From an uncultured Candidatus Saccharibacteria bacterium (lineage in GTDB: Bacteria; Patescibacteriota; Minisyncoccia; Phycocordibacterales; GWA1-40-21): a stretch of 33,980 nt of DNA. A program made the translations under genes and the position numbers. The notes beneath the pieces were generated by a model, which had not been told where the DNA came from, ran no database searches, and was given only the letters and a program-made list of their open reading frames with translations. The stretch lies in assembly GCA_964416925.1 (NCBI GenBank), contig CAYQFQ010000006.1:1-33980 (forward strand), in the 5' to 3' direction. Of this stretch, positions 9,015 through 16,971 are shown piece by piece (the stretch's first letter is position 1; every line of letters begins with the position of its first letter).

Positions 9015-9054
9015 ACCCCAGTACCAAATAAATAAGAATTTCTTGCTACGGGGT
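9015..9054. repeat. Degenerate palindromic element CCC(A)GTA...TACGGG
   Basis: ACCCC-A-GTACCAA pairs with TTGCTACGGGGT; same arms and bulged A as 9298-9330. Confidence 0.5.
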
Positions 9055-9128
9055 AAACTTAAAGCGAGGCTTATCATTTTAAAAGCCTTACGGAGAAAGT
9101 TTTTTAGCAAAAAAAATTGTGAATAGAG

Positions 9129-9156
9129 AAAAAGCACCGCGACGGCGGTGCCTTTT
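9129..9156. terminator. Bidirectional terminator-like hairpin
   Basis: AAAAA-GCACCGC-GACG-GCGGTGC-CTTTT. Confidence 0.65.
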
Positions 9157-9297
9157 ATTTTGGCTAGTGAGAAGCAGAATAGAAAATTCTTATTTTATAT
9201 TCTGTCCGAACGACGACATAAATATAATTTTTATATCGTGCTTTTGAAATGATACACTGAGCGTCCTTTAACGTTTTGACCACTGTGCGGCTTTTTT

Positions 9298-9330
9298 GTC
9301 CCAGTAGTAGAGCAAAGCTCACTACGGGAC
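9298..9330. repeat. Palindromic element GTCCC(A)GTAGT(A)GAGC-AAA-GCTCACTACGGGAC
   Basis: 14-bp stem with two bulged As and no adjacent terminator-type T tract. Confidence 0.6.
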
Positions 9331-9347
9331 TGCGAAAAGTTGTGGGT

Positions 9348-9375
9348 AAAAGAAAACAGGTGCCTTAGCACCTGT
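9348..9375 (-). terminator. Terminator of the ribosomal protein operon (after rpsI)
   Basis: ACAGGTGC-N4-GCACCTGT stem 12 nt after the rpsI stop, then TTTCTTTT on the minus strand. Confidence 0.8.
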
Positions 9376-9387
9376 AATCTCTTATAT

Positions 9388-9807
9388 TTATCTCTTACTC
9401 CATTGTGCGGCTTTTCTTGCTTTCTTGAGACCGAACTTTCTTCTTTCTTTACTTCTCTGATCTCTACATAGAAATCCAGCTTTCTTTAGATCTTTTCTTA
9501 ATGTTGCATCAAAGTCATTAAGCATTCTTGCAATTCCATGTCTTATTGCTTCTGCTTGGGCTGAAGAACCTCCTCCAACAACCTTGACTGTAATAGCGAA
9601 AGCTACTGGAACTGGAAACTTGATCAAAGACTCCATTGCTGTCATTCTCTGCTTTTCTGTTTTGAAGTATTCCTCAAGACTCTTTTCACCATCAACTGTC
9701 AAAATCTTTACAGAGTTTTTTGCTGCTTCAACACCTCTGACTCTTGCTGATGCTGTTTTTCTTCTACCAACAGCTTCAATATATCTTTTTTCAATCTTTT
9801 CAACCAT
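9388..9807 (-). CDS. rpsI: 30S ribosomal protein S9
   Basis: GRRKTASARV, GGG..AQAEAIRHGIAR, ERRKFGLKKARKAAQWSKR; start placed at MVEKIEK. Confidence 0.98.
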   Translation of the reverse strand: MVEKIEKRYIEAVGRRKTASARVRGVEAAKNSVKILTVDGEKSLEEYFKTEKQRMTAMESLIKFPVPVAFAITVKVVGGGSSAQAEAIRHGIARMLNDFDATLRKDLKKAGFLCRDQRSKERRKFGLKKARKAAQWSKR

Positions 9808-9811
9808 AATA

Positions 9812-10165
9812 TTATTCTGATATTTTAAGATTCTTAACAAGCTTTGACTTTAGCTTATTTTGTGGAATCATCTTATTAATGGCAAGTCTAAGTACTTCAG
9901 AATATCCTTTCTTTGCTATAACTTGTTCCATGCTCAATTCATGTAAACCTCCTGGGTAACCAGAGAATCTCTTATACTGCTTATTTACCAATTTCTTTTC
10001 ATCAACTGACATTTTTGAAGCATTTACAACTTCAACCTTAACGTTGGTAACAATATTCTTAGCATAAGTTACAGTGTTCTTACCCATAAGTAAGACAGCG
10101 ACTTCACTTGCGAGTCTACCAACTTTTTTACCAGTTGCATCTATTTTGTAATTTTTTTGTTCCAT
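9812..10165 (-). CDS. rplM: 50S ribosomal protein L13 (short, about 117 aa)
   Basis: IDATGKKVGRLASEVA..LMGK, VVNASK, SGYPGG; start placed at MEQKNY. Confidence 0.96.
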   Translation of the reverse strand: MEQKNYKIDATGKKVGRLASEVAVLLMGKNTVTYAKNIVTNVKVEVVNASKMSVDEKKLVNKQYKRFSGYPGGLHELSMEQVIAKKGYSEVLRLAINKMIPQNKLKSKLVKNLKISE

Positions 10166-10175
10166 TGTTGTAATT

Positions 10176-10523
10176 TTATACAAATTCTATCTGAACCATT
10201 TTAGAACCATCATTAATTCTTGAATTAATTTTTGTAATTCTAAGATAGCCACCCTTTCTGTCCATATACTTAGGTGAGATATCTTTTACTATTTTATTTG
10301 CTGTGACTGCTCCTACCTTTCCAGCTAAAAGTCGATGAGAAGTTAATGTTTTCTCTCTACCTTTTGTAACAAGTTTTTCAACAAAAGATTTCAAAGAATT
10401 TGCCTTTGCTGCGGTAGTTGTTATTTTGCCGAATTTAATTAAAGACACTGACATTGTCTTGATCAAAGCATTTCTTTGACCCTTTTCTCTGCTAAATGTT
10501 CTTTTTGTATTGCTGTGATTCAT
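10176..10523 (-). CDS. rplQ: 50S ribosomal protein L17
   Basis: ITTTAAKA, VEKLVT, RKGGYLRITK, R..DG..M..IE. Confidence 0.96.
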   Translation of the reverse strand: MNHSNTKRTFSREKGQRNALIKTMSVSLIKFGKITTTAAKANSLKSFVEKLVTKGREKTLTSHRLLAGKVGAVTANKIVKDISPKYMDRKGGYLRITKINSRINDGSKMVQIEFV

Positions 10524-10526
10524 ATT

Positions 10527-11492
10527 TTACTTTAAAGTAATACCAAAACTATTTAGGACATCTTTAATCTCATTAATACCCTTTGCGCCCAATCCTTCTA
10601 TTTCAGAAAGATCTATCTCCTTCTTTCTTGTGAGACCACCAATTGTCCTAATATTGGCTCCCGACAGCGCGTTTATAGTCCTCACGGACAAGTCTAGGGT
10701 TTCGATTCTTGTTTTCAAAAATTCTGGATCAACATCTTTTTCTCCATTTTCAGCTGGTGCAGAATCATCAACTTTTGTTTTTTCTTCAATAACTTCTTCT
10801 TGAAAACCAACAACAGCTTTCAATTGTTCAATCATAACTGTAATTGACTTTTCAAGGGCTTCTTTTGGAGTCAAAGTTCCGTCAGTTTCGATGAAAACTC
10901 TCAATTTATTAAAATCTGTTCTATCACCAACTCTCATATTTTCTACTTCGTAGTTGACTCTTCTAATAGGAGTAAAGATAGCATCGGTTGCGATTGTTCC
11001 AATTTCAACTTTTTCCTTCTGCAAGACTTCCTTTGGAATATAACCTAGACCAAACTCAACTTTAACCTCAGCATTAAACTCGGCATTTTTATCTGTAACT
11101 GACGCAATATGCTGTTCAGGATTTAGAATTTCAACTTGACCAGGGACTGTAATATCTCCAGCTTTGATATCCTTAATACCCTTTACCTTTATTTCAAGTG
11201 TCTGAGGCTCCTCGGTAAACATCTTAACTCTGACTTTTTTAAGATTTAAAATTATATTTATGACATCCTCCTTTACGCCAGTCATAGTTGAGAATTCATG
11301 AGAAACCCCATCAATTTTGACTGAAGTTATAGAAGCACCTGGAATAGAAGAAAGAATAATTCTTCTTAGGGAGTTACCAAGAGTATGACCATATCCAGGA
11401 TAAAGACCGTCTATTTCATAAACACCAGAAAAGCCTTCCTCGTGGATGACTTTTGGTTTTGACGGTAAAATAATTTTGTTTTTGTCAGACAT
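10527..11492 (-). CDS. rpoA: RNA polymerase alpha subunit
   Basis: GYGHTLGNSLRRIILSSIPG, HEFST..GVKEDV, alpha-CTD LSVRTINAL...GLGAKG. Confidence 0.99.
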   Translation of the reverse strand: MSDKNKIILPSKPKVIHEEGFSGVYEIDGLYPGYGHTLGNSLRRIILSSIPGASITSVKIDGVSHEFSTMTGVKEDVINIILNLKKVRVKMFTEEPQTLEIKVKGIKDIKAGDITVPGQVEILNPEQHIASVTDKNAEFNAEVKVEFGLGYIPKEVLQKEKVEIGTIATDAIFTPIRRVNYEVENMRVGDRTDFNKLRVFIETDGTLTPKEALEKSITVMIEQLKAVVGFQEEVIEEKTKVDDSAPAENGEKDVDPEFLKTRIETLDLSVRTINALSGANIRTIGGLTRKKEIDLSEIEGLGAKGINEIKDVLNSFGITLK

Positions 11493-11545
11493 TTTTTTTA
11501 TAAAAAATATTAATAAAAACTACTAACTAAAAATAACCCTAAAAA

Positions 11546-12154
11546 CTATCTGCTATAAAACTCATAAATTGATGCGACATCAAAGCCAATCTCAGCAGGA
11601 GCAAGCTTTGGCAAACCTTGTACCTTACCTTCTTTCTTAGCCTTATCAAAAGCTAACCATGAGGGGCAGTTATATGACTTCATTCTCTCTTCAAAGTCTT
11701 TAAATAAATTCTTACCCAAACTTCTTTCTCTAACGGTAATTACATCCCCAACTGAAACTTCAAAAGATGGGATAGAATTTCTCTTACCGTTTACGTTTAT
11801 ATGACCATGGTTTACCATCTGTCTTGAAAACTGTCTTGTATTAGCAAGTCCTAGTCTGTATACAGCATTATCAAGTCTCATTTCCAACTTCTTTACAAGA
11901 GAGTCTTCATTATTTTCACCTCTCTTACTCAAAATACCAGTGACATAGTTCTTAAATTTTCTTTCGTCAATACCGTAAGTGACTTTGGCTTTTTGTTTTT
12001 CCAAAAGCTGCATAGCGAAGCCAGACTTCATCTTTGGCTTCTTGTTCATTGGTTTACCTGTCTTCTCTCTCAACGCAAACTTTTGAGTCTGTGTTTTATC
12101 GAAAACTAGTGCTCCAAGTCTTCTTGCTATTTTGTATTTTGGTCCAAATTTCAT
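11546..12154 (-). CDS. rpsD: 30S ribosomal protein S4
   Basis: QLLEKQK, LEMRLDNAVYRLG, RQMVNHGHI, IYEFYSR. Confidence 0.98.
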   Translation of the reverse strand: MKFGPKYKIARRLGALVFDKTQTQKFALREKTGKPMNKKPKMKSGFAMQLLEKQKAKVTYGIDERKFKNYVTGILSKRGENNEDSLVKKLEMRLDNAVYRLGLANTRQFSRQMVNHGHINVNGKRNSIPSFEVSVGDVITVRERSLGKNLFKDFEERMKSYNCPSWLAFDKAKKEGKVQGLPKLAPAEIGFDVASIYEFYSR

Positions 12155-12194
12155 ATTTTTCTTTTGTGTTTATTTAAAGCGTCCGTGTTAGCTG

Positions 12195-12626
12195 TTATAC
12201 TCTTCTTGGCTTCTTTGGCTTAGGTCCGTTGTGTGGAACAGGTGTTTCATCTTTTATACCAGTAATATTAAAACCTTTTGAAATAAAACCTCTGATTGCT
12301 GACTCTCTTCCAGAACCAACTCCTTTAACTACAACAGAAATTTCCTTCATACCTATAAGTACTGCCTTCTCGCCAAGAACCTCACCAACTTTTGCTGCTG
12401 CAAAAGGAGTTCCTTTCTTTGCGCCTTTGAATCCAAGAGCTCCAGCAGATGACGCCATAAGGGAATTACCCTTTGGATCTGTTAAGGTAACCAAAGTATT
12501 GTTATATGTTGACTGCACACACAAAATTCCAGCTTCAATTTTCTTCTTTGAAGTTTTTGGCTGTGCTGCTGTTTTTGCACCTTCTTCAGCTTTCTCTCCG
12601 GTTTTTACAATTCGTTTCTTACCCAT
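12195..12626 (-). CDS. rpsK: 30S ribosomal protein S11
   Basis: STYNNT, GFKGAKKGTPFAA, GSGRESAIR, TPVPHNG. Confidence 0.98.
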   Translation of the reverse strand: MGKKRIVKTGEKAEEGAKTAAQPKTSKKKIEAGILCVQSTYNNTLVTLTDPKGNSLMASSAGALGFKGAKKGTPFAAAKVGEVLGEKAVLIGMKEISVVVKGVGSGRESAIRGFISKGFNITGIKDETPVPHNGPKPKKPRRV

Positions 12627-12646
12627 TTTTTTATTTGATGATTTGA

Positions 12647-13027
12647 TTATTTCTTATCTGCAACCTTTCTTCCTGTTCCCATTGTCTTTCTAGTATTTCC
12701 TCTAAGTGTTCTTGAATTGGTCTTTGTTCTCTGACCTCTACATGGAAGTTTCTTTATATGTCTTGTGCCTCTGTATGACTTTATATCTTTCAATCTCTTT
12801 ATGTTTGAAGATATTTCTCTCTTTAAGTCTCCTTCAATCTTTAAACTCTCAACAACTTTTCTAATCTTGTTTTCTTCCTCGGCTGAAATCTCTGAACCTT
12901 TTTTCTCTGGGTCAACTCCAGCATTTTTTAAAATAGTGATTGCACGCGAAAGTCCGATTCCGTAAAGAACCGTTAAACCTATCTTTAATCTCTTGCTGTC
13001 TGGTATTGTTATTCCTACTACACGCAT
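12647..13027 (-). CDS. rpsM: 30S ribosomal protein S13
   Basis: YGIG, EGDLKRE, YRGTRH..LPCRGQRTKTNSRT. Confidence 0.98.
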   Translation of the reverse strand: MRVVGITIPDSKRLKIGLTVLYGIGLSRAITILKNAGVDPEKKGSEISAEEENKIRKVVESLKIEGDLKREISSNIKRLKDIKSYRGTRHIKKLPCRGQRTKTNSRTLRGNTRKTMGTGRKVADKK

Positions 13028-13075
13028 AAAAATATATTAAGCGCTACAATAGCACTTATTCATTTAAAAATCAAA

Positions 13076-13192
13076 TTATCCCTGCCTTTGCTTGTGTCGT
13101 GGGTTGGAAGGACATGTTATAAAAACTCGACCCTTTCTTCTTACGACTCTGCATTTTGCACAGATTTTTTTTACTGATGATCTTACTCGCAT
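13076..13192 (-). CDS. rpmJ: 50S ribosomal protein L36 (zinc-ribbon form)
   Basis: Manual translation [38 protein letters not shown] (38 aa), between infA and rpsM; missing from the ORF track. Confidence 0.98.
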   Translation of the reverse strand: MRVRSSVKKICAKCRVVRRKGRVFITCPSNPRHKQRQG

Positions 13193-13203
13193 TGTATATT
13201 TAT

Positions 13204-13419
13204 TTAAAATCTCTTAATTATTCTCGCTCTACCACCGTAATCGTCAAGTTGCAAAATGACTTTATCGCCTATAAGGACTCTTATTCTATGGAGCCTCATT
13301 TTTCCTGCTAAATTAGCAAGAATTTCTTCACCTCCTTCAGTTAACTTTACTTTAAAGAGTGTATTTGGAAAAGCTTCTAAAACTACTCCAGTGACGGTAG
13401 GTTTATTTTTATCATTCAT
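13204..13419 (-). CDS. infA: Translation initiation factor IF-1
   Basis: [14 protein letters not shown]...[18 protein letters not shown]; start placed at MNDKNK. Confidence 0.97.
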   Translation of the reverse strand: MNDKNKPTVTGVVLEAFPNTLFKVKLTEGGEEILANLAGKMRLHRIRVLIGDKVILQLDDYGGRARIIKRF

Positions 13420-13439
13420 TGTTTTAAGCAACGGGGTTA

Positions 13440-13467
13440 ATAATAACAAAAAACACAATATAGTCAA
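13440..13467 (-). promoter_or_regulatory. Probable promoter of the infA-alpha operon
   Basis: TTGACT, 16-nt spacer, TG-T-TATTAT, 20 nt upstream of the infA ATG. Confidence 0.65.
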
Positions 13468-13516
13468 GCTATTTAGTCAATATTATAGCTTTACAGAGCG
13501 ATAATTGCTTGTGTAA

Positions 13517-14872
13517 TTAATCTAATACCACTCTAACCTTTATATTTTCAGCTTTTTTCGGCAGACTCAAGTTCCACTGAGGTCTTAAATTTATACTTAT
13601 TTTTTCAATTTCGGTGGAAAATTCTGAGCTTATCAACACACCTACTGAAGATTTTCTCATTCCTTTTACAAAATCTTTCAACTTCTCTTCAGAAACTGAT
13701 TTTACTATTTTAACCTGACCCTGCAGGTTTAGAGTTAGTGTATCTTCGAGCCAAGGTTTATCAGTCTTACTCTTTAATTCAGTGACAATATTACCAGAAA
13801 AAACTGGGTATACGTCTCCTTTTTCAAATCCCTTAATTTTTTCGGTTGCTAAATACGAAGCGAGTTTATTCTCATTAAAAACAAAAACCTTTAATGTTCC
13901 CTTTTCGCTAACCTCATTCTCTGACGACACCTTTCCGGAAATTGAGTTATCAAATTCGACATATTTTATATTTTCAAAAAATACATATCCTTTTGGTTTT
14001 TTAGTAGAAAACTCTTTAATCAATTCCGTTGAGAGAGCATCCCTCAATTCTTTCGTGTAAACCGCTTTCTTTTCCTCTGAAACTTGCTTAACTACACCGG
14101 TAAACCCTCCAGTAATGTCTGAGCTTAGTCTTCCATAAAAACCCTCATATTTTTTCGGTGAATCCTTCAATCCAGGGATTGAGAAATCGCCTTTCAAATC
14201 AGAAATTTGCATATTGTATTTTTCTCCGGCTTCATCAGCAATGAAATCAACAGCAATCTTTCCTGGTATTTTTTTAGAACCATCCATAGTAAAACCCGGA
14301 ACGTCCACAGATGTCTTGATCCTATAAACCAATCCATCCGTCGTCGCCAATCTTGTATTGGCTATAAGTCTCTGTTTTTCAGTGCTGTAAGAATTAAAAA
14401 TAAATGCCTTACCTGTAGCTTTTAAACTCACAGGTCCTTCACTATCAGGAGTAACTTTTTTTGATAAAGTCTTTTCCACCTGAACAATTTCAAAAGGAAT
14501 AAGTTTGGTATCAGAATCTTTGGAAATTACATAACTGTCATTAAGTTCTACCACATCATTGTTTGGATATACTTTAATCTCAGCAGTTGAGAACAGAGAT
14601 GAAAGCAAAAAAATTGCAGCAATACAAAAAACCACGGCAACAATCCAAATAGCTTTTCTACTTCCGCCATTCGTGGGCTCGTTTTCGCGTGGAGAAGATG
14701 AGAGAGTTGTTGAAAAAACATCTTCACCTCTTTTCTTTTCACTAATCCAAATGGGCTTATCTTCAATTTTCTTATTTGTGGTCTCTTTAATCTGTGATAC
14801 CACACAAACAGACGTCCTGAGTCCTTTTGCATCTTTATTTACTATGATGTCTTGGATAATTTTTTTAGCCAT
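13517..14872 (-). CDS. Single-pass membrane protein with a large C-terminal extracytoplasmic domain (partner of the FtsA-like gene)
   Basis: Charged N-terminal tail, TM AIWIVAVVFCIAAIFLLSSLF, then a beta-rich domain (ATGKAFIFN, QRLIANTRL, ADEAGEKYN, ITGG); overlaps the upstream gene by 8 nt. Confidence 0.8.
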   Translation of the reverse strand: MAKKIIQDIIVNKDAKGLRTSVCVVSQIKETTNKKIEDKPIWISEKKRGEDVFSTTLSSSPRENEPTNGGSRKAIWIVAVVFCIAAIFLLSSLFSTAEIKVYPNNDVVELNDSYVISKDSDTKLIPFEIVQVEKTLSKKVTPDSEGPVSLKATGKAFIFNSYSTEKQRLIANTRLATTDGLVYRIKTSVDVPGFTMDGSKKIPGKIAVDFIADEAGEKYNMQISDLKGDFSIPGLKDSPKKYEGFYGRLSSDITGGFTGVVKQVSEEKKAVYTKELRDALSTELIKEFSTKKPKGYVFFENIKYVEFDNSISGKVSSENEVSEKGTLKVFVFNENKLASYLATEKIKGFEKGDVYPVFSGNIVTELKSKTDKPWLEDTLTLNLQGQVKIVKSVSEEKLKDFVKGMRKSSVGVLISSEFSTEIEKISINLRPQWNLSLPKKAENIKVRVVLD

Positions 14873-16079
14873 TTTTATTTTTTAGAAATTTGTCTATTAG
14901 TATTATAGCAAGTTTTTGGTGAACGTCATCTGTTGATATTTCTTGCTTCTTAATAATAGGGATAAATTTCCTGTTATCCAGAACAGTAATCTTAAAATCA
15001 TTATCTACTATGTTTAATCCATGAAGTTTACTCTCTTTGATTTTTTTACTTATAATCGATGAGATTTCATCATCAGAGACAATAAAGACATCCTTTGGAA
15101 TATCCCCCTTAGGAGAAACCTCCCGGAAAATTTCAATTAAATTATTTGTCCATTCATTTATGGCTATATCCATTGAAGTTGTGACTTGCTCAGTAGTTTT
15201 GACATCACAATTACCACGACACTTCATGTTTATCAACGAAAGTGCCATTTCCTCGGGAATCTTTAAATCACCGGATATTTTTTTAACAATTGCGCTCTTA
15301 CCAAATGGAAAAGTAAAAATCTTCTCCACGGCGTCATCTTTGGCAACGCAAACCTCTGTGACCTCAGCACCAATATCCAAGAAAACAAAATCATTCTGAG
15401 CAGGGTAAGCGTCCCTAACGTAAGAAAACGCAGAAAGTATAAATGAATGAAAAATCGTTTTGTCTGAGACAATATTCTTATTAATTGAGGATACTATCTT
15501 TTGCAAAGTATCATTCTGAATAATACTGATAAATAGATTTGCTTCAAAAGAGCTAACGATTTTGTTTTTTATATCCTCTATCTTGTATCCGTTTAATTTT
15601 GTCTGAATGATATATTCTTCAAAAATCTTAAAGTTTGCCTTATCTTTATATTCTTGTGGCAAGGATGACTTTAAAACATCCTGACCTTCAATAGTGCGGA
15701 CATCACTTAGAAAACCCTCATCAATTGTAAAAGGTTTATCTTTTTTTACTTTTAAACTCTTACATTTTGATAAAATCCAGGGAGAGGAGACGTTAATACA
15801 TATCGTATCGACTTTATACATCTTCTTAAAAAGGCCAGACGGAGATAAATACCTTCTCCTCACAGTAAAAGACAATTTATCAAACGCATCAACCATTAAG
15901 GAAAAATATTTTTTAATCCCATACTTAACAGACCCACCAAACTCTATTTTTTCATAAAATAAAATCTCAGGCTTTTCAGATTTAGAAAAACTCACCATTG
16001 AACAACATAGACTTTCACTTTTTAAATCAAAAAGTAAAATTTTTTCTATTTTGGACGAGTTAAAAGAAAAGAGCGACAT
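14865..16079 (-). CDS. Divergent FtsA/PilM-like actin-fold protein
   Basis: Phosphate-2-like FLDIGAEVTEV and FPFG...I...IS..L.I..E.A..L segments; phosphate-1 degenerate (LFDLKSES). Confidence 0.65.
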   Translation of the reverse strand: MSLFSFNSSKIEKILLFDLKSESLCCSMVSFSKSEKPEILFYEKIEFGGSVKYGIKKYFSLMVDAFDKLSFTVRRRYLSPSGLFKKMYKVDTICINVSSPWILSKCKSLKVKKDKPFTIDEGFLSDVRTIEGQDVLKSSLPQEYKDKANFKIFEEYIIQTKLNGYKIEDIKNKIVSSFEANLFISIIQNDTLQKIVSSINKNIVSDKTIFHSFILSAFSYVRDAYPAQNDFVFLDIGAEVTEVCVAKDDAVEKIFTFPFGKSAIVKKISGDLKIPEEMALSLINMKCRGNCDVKTTEQVTTSMDIAINEWTNNLIEIFREVSPKGDIPKDVFIVSDDEISSIISKKIKESKLHGLNIVDNDFKITVLDNRKFIPIIKKQEISTDDVHQKLAIILIDKFLKNKNG

Positions 16080-16120
16080 AGAGATATTATAATACCAGTC
16101 GTTCTAATCCGCAATGCAAA

Positions 16121-16942
16121 TTAAACTTTCGCATTCTTCAGAACCTCTCTTAAAACTTCTTCGTCTTCAGGATTGGTCACACCCATCCATTGACCAAGAC
16201 CTTTTAGTAACTTTATCTTCATCTTTCCTTTTTGTATCAATTCAGAAAGTTCACAAGGTAGATAACATTCAGATTTTCTATCGTTTTTATGTTTTTCCTT
16301 AAAATCATATAGTTGTTCTTCAAGTAAAAGAACGTCCTCCTTTCTTAGCCCCCAAATATTTTGGCTAGAAATATTCATTTCGTTTAAGCCAAACTGAGAT
16401 AGCTTCGATTTTTCTATACCGATCATCTCTTTAATATTTACAACACAACCATCGTCTCCGGCTGTAAATATACCCCTATTAACTGTTCCTTTCTCTGGCA
16501 AAACACTTCCCAAAATATATCCAGCCGTTACCGGTGTTCCTTCCTTTGATAACCACTCAAAAATCATCTTAAAAGTATTCTCTCCATATAGATCGTCACC
16601 ATTACATACAACAAACTTTCCTGTAATAACATCTTTTGCAGACACAACAGCGTCACAAGTACCCCAAGGCTTGTCCCTTTCAAGCGGATTAAATGTTTGC
16701 ATTGCATAAGCTATTTTTGTCCCTTTATATTCGAAACCAAATTTCTCTTTAAAAAGTTTTTCAGTTTTTTCCCCAACAATAAAAATAATTTCATTAAATC
16801 CCGCACTCAAGGCTTGATTCATGGATATCTCGATAAGTGTTTCTCCATTTGGACCAACTTGAGCAAACTGCTTCACTTTACCACCAAAACGAGACGATAA
16901 TCCTGCCACCATATAGACAACTGAAATAATTTCTTTATTCAT
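16121..16942 (-). CDS. Sugar-phosphate nucleotidyltransferase family protein
   Basis: AGLSSRFGGKVKQ, KPWGT, VCNGDDLYG, WMGVTNPED. Confidence 0.9.
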   Translation of the reverse strand: MNKEIISVVYMVAGLSSRFGGKVKQFAQVGPNGETLIEISMNQALSAGFNEIIFIVGEKTEKLFKEKFGFEYKGTKIAYAMQTFNPLERDKPWGTCDAVVSAKDVITGKFVVCNGDDLYGENTFKMIFEWLSKEGTPVTAGYILGSVLPEKGTVNRGIFTAGDDGCVVNIKEMIGIEKSKLSQFGLNEMNISSQNIWGLRKEDVLLLEEQLYDFKEKHKNDRKSECYLPCELSELIQKGKMKIKLLKGLGQWMGVTNPEDEEVLREVLKNAKV

Positions 16943-16971
16943 AATGGTATAAATTAAAACTAATAATTTAT

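Noticed and set aside
8923-9137. Short ORFs 8923-9126 (+) and 8949-9137 (-)
   Set aside because: They cross terminator and palindrome sequences and have no start signals or protein-like features.
9001-9387. tRNA, CRISPR array or a known riboswitch in the hairpin-rich spacer
   Set aside because: No cloverleaf with T-loop GTTC, no regularly spaced direct repeats and no aptamer consensus that I recognise.
13429-13440. CAACGGGGTTAA in the infA leader as another copy of the ychF-type repeat
   Set aside because: Only one short arm matches and there is no complementary partner, so it may be chance.
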